Of a DNA stretch of 64,000 nt, positions 1 through 10,900 are shown one piece after another. Position 1 is the first letter of the stretch, and the number at the start of each line of letters is the position of its first letter. A program made the translations under genes and the position numbers. This DNA is from Felis catus (lineage: Eukaryota): positions 173,354,001 through 173,418,000 of the forward strand of contig NC_058368.1 in the NCBI RefSeq assembly GCF_018350175.1. The letters are read 5' to 3'. The notes under the pieces are model-generated. The model saw nothing but the letters and a program-made list of their open reading frames with translations. It was not told the DNA's origin and ran no database searches.

Positions 1-330
1 TAAGGGCCGGAAAGGCTGTTGGGGCAGCTCACAGGACTGATAGAAAAGTTCAGGGAACTGAGTCTCCAGGGCCTTGGGACACTCTTCCCCTCTGTTTGTC
101 TCTGATTTGCCTGTGTATTGGCCTCACTCTTCTCACCAGACAGGCTCTCTCCACACAAGGGGGAAGTAGCTACCACTGGTCCAACATTCCCACCTGCATC
201 TTCACAGGCTAAACCCAGAGGCAGAGATGGCAACTTCTCCACCTGCAAGTGAGAAAAGCCATGAAAAGAATCCTGATTGGTCATGTGGCCACTTGGGATC
301 AATTCACGTTGCCCAGGATCTCCATCAGGA
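1..330 (-). mobile_element. Degenerate MLT1-type (MaLR) LTR fragment
   Basis: Contains 'ctgactgatagaaaagttcagg' and 'aatcctgattggtcatgtg', resembling MLT1J/K consensus segments. Confidence 0.45.
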
Positions 331-1179
331 TTTGCCCATGAAGATGCTTTCCCTGGGGGACGGATGGAACCCTATGACTGACAGTCCCAACAGGACCACA
401 TGGTATTGGGGAGGAGGTCACCTAAGGGAGGGTAGGGGTGCTATGCCCACGAGACCATGTGTTGAGTACTCAAAACTACAGAGAAACTACAACACCTCAC
501 GAGATGGGGTCAATTCTCCGGAAAGCCCAGTTCCCAAAGGGCAAGAAACTCCTCAAGGACAATGAGTGAGGGTGGGCCTGAGAGGAATCCGAGTCCGTTC
601 TGGAGCCCCATCTTTTCCCCTTTACCACGAAGCCTCACCAAGGCCACCTGCCTCCCACCCATGGTCTCCTTGACAGGTCCCAACAGGGAATGTTCCAACA
701 GCCCCACCGACTGGGAGTTCACTTCCTGCTAAGTCTACCCATGTCACTGCTTGTTAGGAAGGTCTTTCTCAGCCTCCTGTGCCTCTCACCTGCTGGTCCT
801 GACCCTGCTCTCTGGGGCTACACAGAACAAAGCAAATCCACTTTCCTTTCCTGCCTCCAGTGCCTTAAATTAAATAACACAACCCCGTCGCCACCCAGAC
901 CTTTGAGGACTTCTCTCTTAGGACATGACTTTAAGTCTACCCCTTGGTTTCCCATGGGCCAGAGCCAGTTTCTGTTGCTTATGGCCAAAGTGCCCAGACT
1001 GATGGCCATGCTCTGGAGAGGGCCTGGCAGGGTGGAGCTCCCTGGTTGGGGCCCCCAGTACTGTGGGGCCTTCTTGCTCTCCCGGCTTCTTTCTCATTCA
1101 TTACACAGCTCCCAAGCCATTTTCTCTTTCTGACATCACTTCCCGTGGCTCAAAAGCTCTGAATCATGTTTGCCTCTTC

Positions 1180-1450
1180 CTGGTCCCATGCCTTCCACAT
1201 GTAACATCCAGAGGCTCCTCCTTTCAAATGTCTCCCACAACCATCTCTCACTCTATCCCTGCTGCTTGCTCTCTGGGAAGGGGAGTCCTCATCATTTCTT
1301 GCCTGGATGACCACCATAGCCTCCTGGCTGGTCTCCTTGCCTCCAGCCTCACCCTGCTCCCAATCTATCCTCGATGCGCTGCCAGATTAATCTTCCTTAA
1401 ACACCATTCACCTCCTGTCTCTCCCCAGATCAACGATGCAGCCAGCCCTA
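1180..1450 (+). mobile_element. L2 LINE fragment
   Basis: 'ctcatcatttcttgcctggatgaccaccatagcctcctggctggtctccttgcctcc' is a typical L2 3' segment. Confidence 0.7.
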
Positions 1451-2099
1451 TCGCTTGTTGGTCCCCCGCAGGCACTGTCTGCTTCTGCTGGGCTGTGCCT
1501 CCTGGCTCCCCTGTACACACACTGTCACTATGGAATGCCTGCGCCCTGCCCCATCCGTTCACTGTCTGGTCCAATCCCACCACATGCCAAGGTCCCAGGT
1601 GGAGTCCCTTTCTTCTGGCCTTAGGGACCGCCAGAGCTCAGAAGCAGAGCATGGCGGGGAGTGGCGGGGGGAGGGGGGAGGTGGTGGCCAGGGACGAGCC
1701 CCGAAGCCACAGTCCACCCTACAGGCCAGCAGGTAGGTTATCCATGCCCGGCCAATCTAGGCTCTCAAATGTCGCTATGGCCCCTGCCACCTCTCTGCTC
1801 ATCCTTACACCCCAGCCCGCCTCCAGGCTGTTAGGAGTCATACCTGGCCAAGTCACCGGGGGTGAGTCATCCTTCACCACATCAACTTTCCTTCTCAAAC
1901 CCTTCCATGAAAGCTTGTCACCCCAGAATAAGCACCTTCCCAAGATTCCAGACCTGCAGGGTCTTGCCCTTGAGGCTCTCTGTCAGTGCTGTCAGCCAGG
2001 GACCTCATGCTCCACTTCCTTACGCTTTAGGGGTGTGGTCACAGAGGCCTAAAGTGAGCGTACTCGGTGCAGTCCACATAGCATCACAGCACCTCCCAT

Positions 2100-2290
2100 G
2101 CACTGAGCATTTAATGTGGGCCTGAATGGGGCTAAGTTGTTCCACACGGAATACCTCATTTAGTCCTTGCAACCCTATGAGGTAGGAGCCTCTCATTATC
2201 CATATTTTCTGGATGAGGAAACTGAGGTGCAGAGAGCTGACGCTACCTAACGTCACCCAGTTTAAGCTTCTAACCCACACCATCACCGGC
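2100..2290 (-). mobile_element. MIR SINE
   Basis: MIR core 'caaccctatgaggtagg...attttctggatgaggaaactgagg'. Confidence 0.75.
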
Positions 2291-2476
2291 AGAACCCTGG
2301 CTCTTAGTGGCTCTGGTGCCTAAGTGACTCCCCACCCTCAGCCCACCAAAGAGCCTGGTGTCCAGAAGGAGCAGCCCCTCCAAGCCTGGGGACATCGGTG
2401 GGTCTACAGGCAGAGGCCTAAAGACCCTCTGTCACTCTCTCCTTGTGACCACTTCTTCAGGGTGACCAGGGAATAG

Positions 2477-2671
2477 CAGTGTGCTACAGCCGGCTCACCT
2501 TTGCTAAAGACAGACCATAATTAAAATTTGTAGAATTTTTCAAGCCAGCTGATATCACATTGGTAGCTTAAAATAGGCCACAGTGGGAGTATTTACACCA
2601 TGGAAATTGGCAAACCAGTCTCCCAGCTCTCCCAGAGTGCCAAGTGTTAAACTTTTACCAGCACATCACTG
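2477..2671 (+). mobile_element. MER63A-like hAT DNA transposon
   Basis: Terminal inverted ends cagtgtgct...agcacatcactg and internal 'gggagtatttacaccatggaaattggcaaac'. Confidence 0.7.
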
Positions 2672-4249
2672 CTGAGGAGGGAATGCTGACCACCCTCAGA
2701 AGGGCATCCTGGCCTTTGGGTGGTGGGCTTCAGGAAATTCACACCAAAGACAGCCTCTGCCCCTCTCCCCCGGTAGAGCCAGATTTCTGAAAGTATAGGG
2801 GTCTTGAGAAGAATGTATGAGTCTCAAAAATGGACCTCTGGCTGTGTGAACCCAAAGGATATGGAGAAAGAAGGTCTCTAGAATAGTGTCAGGGAAGCTC
2901 TGAGCCCTCATGACCTTCCCCTTTTGTATACAACCTTCGTGGGAACTTGGGGGGCCCCTGATCTCAGCAGCAGGGCCCAATGAGACAGGTAAGTAATTTC
3001 CCCTTTCCTGGTTCCTTTCTCACTTCAGGGCCTACTTTTTAAGTCTCTTGGCCCTTCTCCAACAACCCAATTTCTCGCCGGTACTTTCCCTTTTTTGCTT
3101 AAATTTTGAGAATCAATTTTGTTGCTTGCACTTGAAAACCCCTGATTCACTCACTGAATCAACTTGCCTCCTCTTTGGAAAAGCAGACGGCAGCTCATCA
3201 TCTCCTGCCCCATGACCACTCCCATTCCCACTTCCTCGGAGCCCTGCAGCGGGCCTCAACGGTTGGGGTGGGATCTGTCTGGCCCCAGAAACTTGAACTC
3301 ATTCAAAACAACCCCTTGGCCTCTCTGATCACGTCTTCTTGGTTTTCGGTGCCTTCTTACTAGAGTTTGTCCTGCCCTTCCAGTTCAGTGTCCTCACCTG
3401 CAAAATGGTGGGATGGGAAAGCTGGCTTCCCAGAGCTCCCCAGTCAGCAGCCTTGCCCTTTCCTAGTCTTCCTCCTCCAAGCCCCCTCCTGCACCATGTG
3501 GCTTTGGCATTTCCCACAAGCCTCAGCTGGACCTGAGCTCAGCCTGCCCTGCATGCTTCTCTACTCCATGTCTCTTGTCAATGTTTTTGTCCTTGGTTTT
3601 GGGCCATCTTTCCATGCTGGTCATGTCCATTCCTGGAATGGAAGCCAGACAAATATAAAACCCAACAAATGTCCTGAAGGGGCCACAGCATGATGACCTG
3701 ACGCCAATCCCAAGCATGATTCTGGTGGAGCTTCTCTGTCAACTACGGATGACTAAGGAAAGTGGTAACACAGAGAGACATACTGGGACTCCGACAGACC
3801 CATCACTCCGGACCAGCTTCCCTTATTATAGTTACTGTTCTGGTAGATCAGGGCCAGACTGGAAACAGTGTGTCTGGATTTCAGCCAGGCACCTGATAAA
3901 ATATCTCAGGATCTGCAAATGGAGATACATGAACCAGATGACAGAACACTTAAGGGAATGTAAAACCTGTTGAATGGCTGGCATTGTTTGTAACACAGCT
4001 GATTAAATAGCTAAGGTCAATCCAAATCTAAACTTGGGTCTTTACCTTTGAGCCTCAGGCTGTGTCCTTGGTGCTATTCAGCATTTTGATTAAATATTTG
4101 GGCAAACTGTATTGATGACACACTGGTTAAATCTGAGGACAATGTGCCCATCTCTTCCTGGTGAACAAGCTGCAAATGGTCGCAAATAGGACAGTGGCAT
4201 AGGTGGTTTGGACCCAGGCTAAATGGCAAAATCCTAACTGCTGGCTGTG

Positions 4250-4536
4250 GGGACTGGCTCACATGGCACAGCACTTGAGTTGGCCCAATGGGGAAGGACC
4301 AGGACATGTGTTGGATGGCTGAGGGAAGAGATGCTCTCTCCTTCCCCCTGGGCTGGGCCTGCAAGGATGTAGCCCTGGTAAGTTGTGACAGCCACCTTGG
4401 GACTGTGAAGGGAGAGGTTGTTGGAGAGTGGTCCCCCAAAAGAGCAGAGATGAGGCATGGATCCTGGCCATGCCGTTTTTTCCTGGATCCAACCATGCCT
4501 GAAGCTAGACTACCTTTTAGTTGCATGCACCAATAA

Positions 4537-4567
<31 letters not shown>

Positions 4568-4630
4568 GCTTAAGTAACTTTGGGTTGGGTTTCCTAATAT
4601 TTGCAACAGCTACACTTAGTATCCTGTGAT
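4250..4630 (+). mobile_element. MLT1K-like LTR with an expanded T27 run (4541-4567)
   Basis: 'cctggatccaaccatgcctgaagctag...ccaataaatcc(T)n gcttaag...gggttgggtttcct...ttgcaac'. Confidence 0.65.
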
Positions 4631-5589
4631 AGTTCGTGCCAGAGCATTGTATCACAGTGGGATGAACTCCTGGGACTGACATCCAGAGGCAGGCAACAGG
4701 AATGTAGGGGACAGGGAAGGGGCTTAGAACCATGCTACATGAGAAACAGCAGAGAGGACTGGTGGTGCCTGGCTGGAAAGGGCAGATAGGGCCAGGGAGG
4801 AGCCCTGTCTTAAATAACTGAAAAGGGGGAATCCTCCTTTTGTCAGAAGGAGGAGCCAAGAACCATCTGGGGGAGGTTAGTGAGAAGGATTCCTCCTTGT
4901 AACAAAGTGGCTTTGAACAGTCTCAGCCACCTGACGATGTGTGGCCTGGGGCAAGTTGGAAAGCCAACCCCCAGGCGGGTATATTCAAAATTCTGTGGCC
5001 TGGACAGCCCTGCCTAGGTTGAGGAAGCACCCAAGGTGGGGTCAGGAGGCAGGATATACAGTGCAAAGAGCTTGGAGAGATGAGGGGATAAGCCCAAGAC
5101 CAGAGAGTATCAAAGTCTCCTGACTTTCTTCCATAGTCTTTCATGTCCATGGGGCACCCGACAAGGCCTTGAGAGTAAATGACCACCTAGGACAGCATTC
5201 TGCTACCCACGGTGTGGGAGGGGGTAAGCAAGGGGGTCAGGCTGAGCAGTAACAAGCTTCCAGCCCTACCATTTCTCGAGCCTCAGTGTCCTTTTCTAAT
5301 AAATGGGACTAACCTTACCTATCTCGTGGGTTGTCCTTAGGTTCTAATCAGATGATGCAGGAGAGCCCAGCATGGGCCATGATTACTACCATCATGAAGT
5401 TAATTAAGGAATAAAAAATGTAGCAAGTCTACAACCACCGAAAGCTCCTCCTCTCTCCGCCCCAAGCTTCTCTTCTAGCTGAAGGAGGATGAGATTCGGA
5501 GTCAAAGACCTGGATTGCAACTGCAGCCCTGCCTAGTTTGGCCAGGGACTGCAGGAAGCCGTGCCCTCCCACATCTGTGAAATGGGACC

Positions 5590-6310
5590 GAGGGCAAGCA
5601 GCGCATTCGAAGCCCCTCGCCCGCAGGAGGTGATCATGGAACGCGGCGTTCTCCTTTCCGCAGCGAGGTCAGCCGGGGTGCTCTGGAGGTCTCACGCACA
5701 CCAGACCTCCAGTGTGACCCACCGGCCAGCCACGTCTACGGGGCCCGGGAAGACGGGGTGGGGGGGGGGGAGGAGGCGGGGGTGCAGCTGGGCGCGAGAA
5801 CCGAGGCGCAGCGGAGGCCGCGGAGCTGCGGTGCCGGGAGGCTGGACGCCCGCTCCCCGGGCGGCAGCCGAGCGCTCAGCCAGGAACTTGTTAACAGGCC
5901 CCGAACAAAGAGCCACTAATCCGGCGGGCGGCCGCGGGCGGGCTGGCGGGCGGAGGGATCCCGCCCCTTCCCCTGCCCCTGCCCCGAGTTTACAGCGCTC
6001 TCAGCACCCGCGCCGAGCGGGGGCGGGGCCGCGGGGCAGGACGCCCCCGGAGGCGCCCCTCCCCAGGGCCCCAGCCGGCTATGGGGCCGACGGGCGCAGT
6101 GGCTAATGGCTAATCCCCTGGGCTCGAGCTCCTAGAGAGTGGCTCGGGCTCCCGCCGCCCCTCGGCCGCTAACGTGCCCTGCAGCTCGCCTGGCCGGAGG
6201 CCCGCATCTAGCCCGGGACCCCGGCCTGGCAAGCTACCCAAACAACGAGGCAACGGGGTGGTGATGGTGTTTTGGGAAGCAGGGTAGGCTCCCGCCACGC
6301 GGGGATCCTA
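5590..6310. promoter_or_regulatory. Intronic CpG island (alternative promoter or enhancer candidate)
   Basis: Dense CpGs; overlapping EGR/SP motif GCGGGGGCGGGG (6017-6028); TAATCC at 5917 and 6111; AACAAAG at 5904. Confidence 0.75.
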
Positions 6311-7129
6311 AGGAAGCATTCCTACCTGCCTGTGCCTGGCACCCTTTTATCGGGGAGGAGTGAGGGGGCTGGAAAGATGCTGACATGGGAAAACCCAGCA
6401 GCCCCTCAACTCCATCTGGTCTCCGCCCCAATCAGGAGGGAGTAAGGTCTCGCTCAGGGTGTACTGCCGGCAGGCTCTCTGCTGGACGTGCTGGGGTGGA
6501 GCAGTGCGGGGTGGGGCCCACCTGCCGTCCTGGCTGGGGACGTATAGGGCAGAAAGGATACATCGTCGGAGCTCCCTACCCAAGGGCCCTGCAGTGGTAG
6601 CTCTCAGGCCCCATCAATCTAGACTGACCCCCCTCCTCAAATCTCAGCCACTTATTTGCCTGGAGCTCAAGGTCACCCTGAGCCTTCCAGATGGACACAG
6701 CTCTGACATCTAGGTGTGGGGAGGGTCCGAGTTCTGGGAGACTCACCCATCAGGGCGCTGGCCCTTGGTGCTGTCTTCAGGGGCCTCCTCCTCCATCTAA
6801 GTGGAACTTAAAACCTACCCCTTTGGGGCCTACCTTAGGGATGAGCAGCTGCCATTTAGGCCTCCCCAGATTTCTGAGTCGCTCCCTCTCCCCCATCTCA
6901 AACAGGGCTGGGCTGGGCTTGTCAACAACCACACTTGAAGAAGGGGAGGGGAGGGGACTTCTATAAGCGCCACTCCTGGGTGTCAAAAGAGACAATCAAA
7001 ACACAGGCCTCTCCTCATGCCTGTGTCCTCCCACTTGAACCCTAGCTGCACCCCATCCCGCAAAGATGGCACCAAAGACTCCCCCCAGGTGAGGACAGAA
7101 CAGTGTCCTCTGCCACATCGTTCCTCGGC

Positions 7130-7285
7130 AGTTGCTAACATTGCATGCCTACTGTGTGTCAGGACTGTGACACACTGATGACATGTATTAGTCCACCTAA
7201 TCCATACAACAACCCTGTGAGGTGGGTCCTTTTATGACTCCATTTTATAGACAAGAAAACTGAAGTGCAGGGAAAAGCTAGATTG
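7130..7285 (-). mobile_element. MIR SINE
   Basis: 'aacaaccctgtgaggtggg...cattttatagacaagaaaactgaag'. Confidence 0.7.
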
Positions 7286-7286
7286 C

Positions 7287-7414
7287 CAGCTAGGACTAAG
7301 GGTGGGGCACAGGGTGTACCAAGGGCACACAACTTAAGGAGGCCGACCCTGCCCTTGCACAACTTAATTTCTGCACCCTGGGCACCTCTCTTGCCTCACT
7401 CTAGTCCAAGTCCT
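7287..7414. mobile_element. MER96-like palindromic hAT MITE
   Basis: Imperfect long inverted repeat: ggactaagggtggggca...ttaagg versus ttaatt...tgcctcactctagtcc. Confidence 0.55.
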
Positions 7415-7884
7415 CGTCCAAACTCAGACTTCAGAGCTTGCCTACTCAACCCTTCTACCACCTCCTCAACGTGCCTGGGGGTCTGGCTCCCGAGGGCCAG
7501 CGGCTGCCTGTAGCACCTGACATTAGTGCCTCGGAAGAGGATGGCCTTAGACACTGGCACTATGACCTTCTTGGGACCATAAGAAGGCCTGTTTTTGCCA
7601 ATGCGGGTGTTCACCAGCTAAAGCAGGCCCTTATTTCCTGCCTTGGGTGCTGGGACTCAGTTCCTACCTCTGCTTCACAGCCACTTTCAGCCCTGCCACA
7701 GCGGCCACCTGGCTCCAAGGCAACATGGCAGCTACTGCTGGGGTGGCTGGAGCCTTTGGCAGGTGCTGAGCATGTGTGAGTGTTTCCTGGGGGAACCTGA
7801 TGCTGAGTGCACAGTCCACCCCAAGCTCTCAAGGCAGTCTCCCTGCACACTAGCCTCTGCTCCAGTAGAGTCATCAAGTCCAAT

Positions 7885-7990
7885 GCTTTAATATACAGAG
7901 GCCAACAGCCCAGAGAGGTTAAGTGACTTGTCCAAGGTCACACAGCAATAGAATGGCAGAGCTGGGACTAGAATTTAGTTCCATCCAGGG
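7885..7990 (-). mobile_element. MIR SINE
   Basis: 'cccagagaggttaagtgacttgtccaaggtcacacagc...ggcagagctgggactagaa'. Confidence 0.75.
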
Positions 7991-10900
7991 ACCCCACCCG
8001 CTTTGCTACTATTTTCTGTGTGTCAGAGCTGATCATTAGCACATGGTTCCAGGACAAGCTGCACCCAAATCATCACCTTCATAGAATCCCAAACAAAGCT
8101 CTTTGCACACTGGAGGAATCGGTGTCTGAGTCAGGCCCAAGTCCCTGCAGGGGGTGGAGACTGTGGGGGGCGGGGGGGGGACGGTTGCTTCTTCCAATTA
8201 AAAGCATGACTCTTTCCTGGGACTCCTGCCTGCGGCTGGAACAGCGACAAATGCTTTCTTCTCTTATCTCTGGGCTTGGGCCCTGATCACCACCTTAGGA
8301 CTCTAGCTCTGTCCTAACTCATGCCCCTTCAAAGCCAGGGAAAATGGAGGAAGGAGATAAACAAGCCACAGGGGTCTGCTCCATGTCAGGTTCCACCCTG
8401 GGGCACTCTCTATGTTGACCACCATCTCATTACTATAGCTTCAGGAAGCAGAAATGACCCTATTCTAAAGATGTGGGAACAGGCTGGGTAGTAAAAGTTA
8501 CTTGTCCAAGGTCAGGTGGCTTAGAGTGAAACCTAGACCTGTCTGTCTCCAAAGCCCCTGCCCTTTCCACTCTACCTGACGGGAAGAGGGGGCTGAGGCT
8601 CCCCAGAAGGCAGGAAGACCTGTTAGTGCCATTCCCATGGGAGCAGACAAGAAGGGTAAAGGAGTGGACCAGGAGAATTGATCACAGGAAGCTGAGCTCC
8701 CATCTGGGTGGCGAGGATGGCTGGGGCTCATGGGCCAGACTTTCCTGGTGCTTGGCCTCAGGAACCAGAAGTCCCAATAGGTGTTGCACACAGCAGCCCA
8801 AGTTTTGGTGTCAGTTCCATTCCTGAGGATCAGGGTGGGGCCTGAGGAAGAGGCCATGAGACCAGTTTGTCAGGGTCAGGAAGGGCAATGCCATGACTCT
8901 ATGCCCCTTAGCCCCACCTTCCAGGGCCTTGAGTCTAAAGGTTTGGTGCCCAGAATGACATTATTTGCGTGAGAAGACACCCATCCAGGAACATCTATGA
9001 CTGGGAGGGGGAGGGGTGAGCAGGAAGGTTCCTGCTCAGTAGACCTGGGCCTACAACCTGTGTGAAGGACCCACAAGCATGCATGATCATATGAGCTGGT
9101 TTGCCATCCGTGTGAGGCTCCAAGACACAGCCACCCCATGGTGAGGCTTTAACCTGCTCATTCCTACCCTGGACAGGAGCCATTTCCAGCCTCCCCAGAG
9201 TAAAGCAGTCTGTGTCCAGGGACAGGGATGGAGAAGGCTGCCAAGGGGGACAGAGTAAACTTCTCCCCGCTCTCTAGCCATAGCAGCCCTCCTTACCTAG
9301 CCAGAGAACCCAAACACACATGGAGGGGAAAAAAGAGAAAAAAAATAAGAACTTGACTGGCCATGACTCAGAGCATGTTGGGGGCTAACAGCAGGGTCAT
9401 AGTGCGGTGGACAGTGGCAATACCCGTAGAAAACACTGGCATGAATGAATAGCTAACTTGGGCCAGGGGCCTCTGGCAGTTGCCCCAGGCCCCATGTGCC
9501 TCTCTAGGCCTGAGGAATCCATCCTGTTGGCCACTCAGAGCTCATCGATGTGCCATGGCCCCTGTGTGGGCCCTGGGTGGAGGTGGGGAGTCCCCTTGGA
9601 GGGAGCTGAGATAAACAGAACAGTTGTATTGGCAGCAGCAGGGGGGCTTGGCCTAGGTCTGGACAGAGCAGGAGACGTTGGGCTGTAGGATGGGGAGGGT
9701 GGCTGGCGGGGCCAGGGGCACCAGGTCCTGCAAGGCAAGGGAGCTATAGTGCAGAAGCCACAACTTGACTGGGGGTGTGGATGCCTGGCCCACCAGCAGT
9801 TAAAGCCAAGTTCCAATGGATCAGCCTAGTCATGCGTGGTGATGCAGGTGTTTCCCTAAGTGCCCCCAGACTCAGGTTTGGACTTCACCTTCAGGCACTG
9901 GTGAGCCACAGAAGTCTTTTTAGTGGGGTCCCAGCCTAGATACCAGGGGCATTAAGCAAAGTAGAGGAGGTACATAAAGGGGATGAGTGGGGTGGCCACT
10001 GCACTGGTCCAGGTGGGAAAGGTGAGGGAGAAAGGGGCTGGGGGGGGGGGCAGGTGCGGTGACAAAAGAGGAGAGGGACACGAGCAATGTCACAAGTAGA
10101 AGCGAGCTGGAGGGCTTAGTGACAGATTAGACATGAAGCGTGAAGGAGAAGGGAGAGCCAAGAGAGACTGCAAGGTTTCCAGCCCCAGGCTGGAGGACTA
10201 GGGGGGGCAAGGGGAGGCAGCGGGAGGGGATTGGCCTGGATAGAGTAGGCTCAGGCATGCATGTATGTGGACACACGTGTTCCCAGGCAGCAGCCAAGCC
10301 CAATACTACCGCCTTTGCAAGAAGAAGGTGTCCCCCTACCCGGGGCTTAGGGCAGCTCCTGCCTTTGAGACTGCAGGTCTGCAGGTCTGGGGCCCAGAGC
10401 AGGATCAGGTGGGAGGAAGGTATGTGAGACAGGAGGGGCTCCTAGCCCCGGGCTGAGGCCAAAGTTGGCTGCTCATAGAAACCTGTCAGTGACCCACGGC
10501 TGGGGGCTTGGTACCTGGATCAGTACCAATCCCCGGGTTCCCGAGGGAAGCCCCTCCCAACATGGGCAACAGGGAACAGACAGGACCAGCCCTCTCCTGG
10601 GGGTACCTGGGAGGCCCTGAAGCCCAGCCTAACCCATCCCCAAGGCAAAGTGAGAGCCTTAAAGAATTAAGACACCCTCCCCCAACCAACTGCCCCAGTT
10701 TGGGGTGAGGGGTGGACAGAGGGGTCCAGGACCAGCCCTGAGGATGGGGGTGGGGCTCGGGGAAGAGGCCATCAGGACAGATTGTTGAGGTAAGGATGGA
10801 CAATACCACAGCTCAGTGCCCCTCAGCACCACCTTCCAGGAGAGCCAGCTCCTCATGGGCCCCTCCCCCTAGGAGTGCAGAGATCTGTGTGGCAGGGCAT

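Noticed and set aside
1063..2052. 329-aa ORF
   Set aside because: Runs through an L2 fragment, resembles no family I recognise and lies antisense within the intron.
2980..3000. Perfect splice donor CAG|GTAAGT on the plus strand
   Set aside because: Antisense to UNC5A, in probable LTR-derived DNA, with no supporting exon.
5561..6106. 181-aa ORF in the intronic CpG island
   Set aside because: GC-driven low-complexity translation through a G homopolymer, with no convincing splice structure.
7438..7779. 113-aa ORF with protein-like composition (…EEDGLRHWHYDLLGTIRRPVF…)
   Set aside because: No recognisable homology, non-ATG start and no exon boundaries. A BLASTX hit would reopen it.
9349..9381. 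Possible p53 response element (GAACTTGACT GGCCATGACT ca GAGCATGTTG)
   Set aside because: UNC5A is reported to be p53-inducible, but these half-sites carry several mismatches and are too weak to call by eye.
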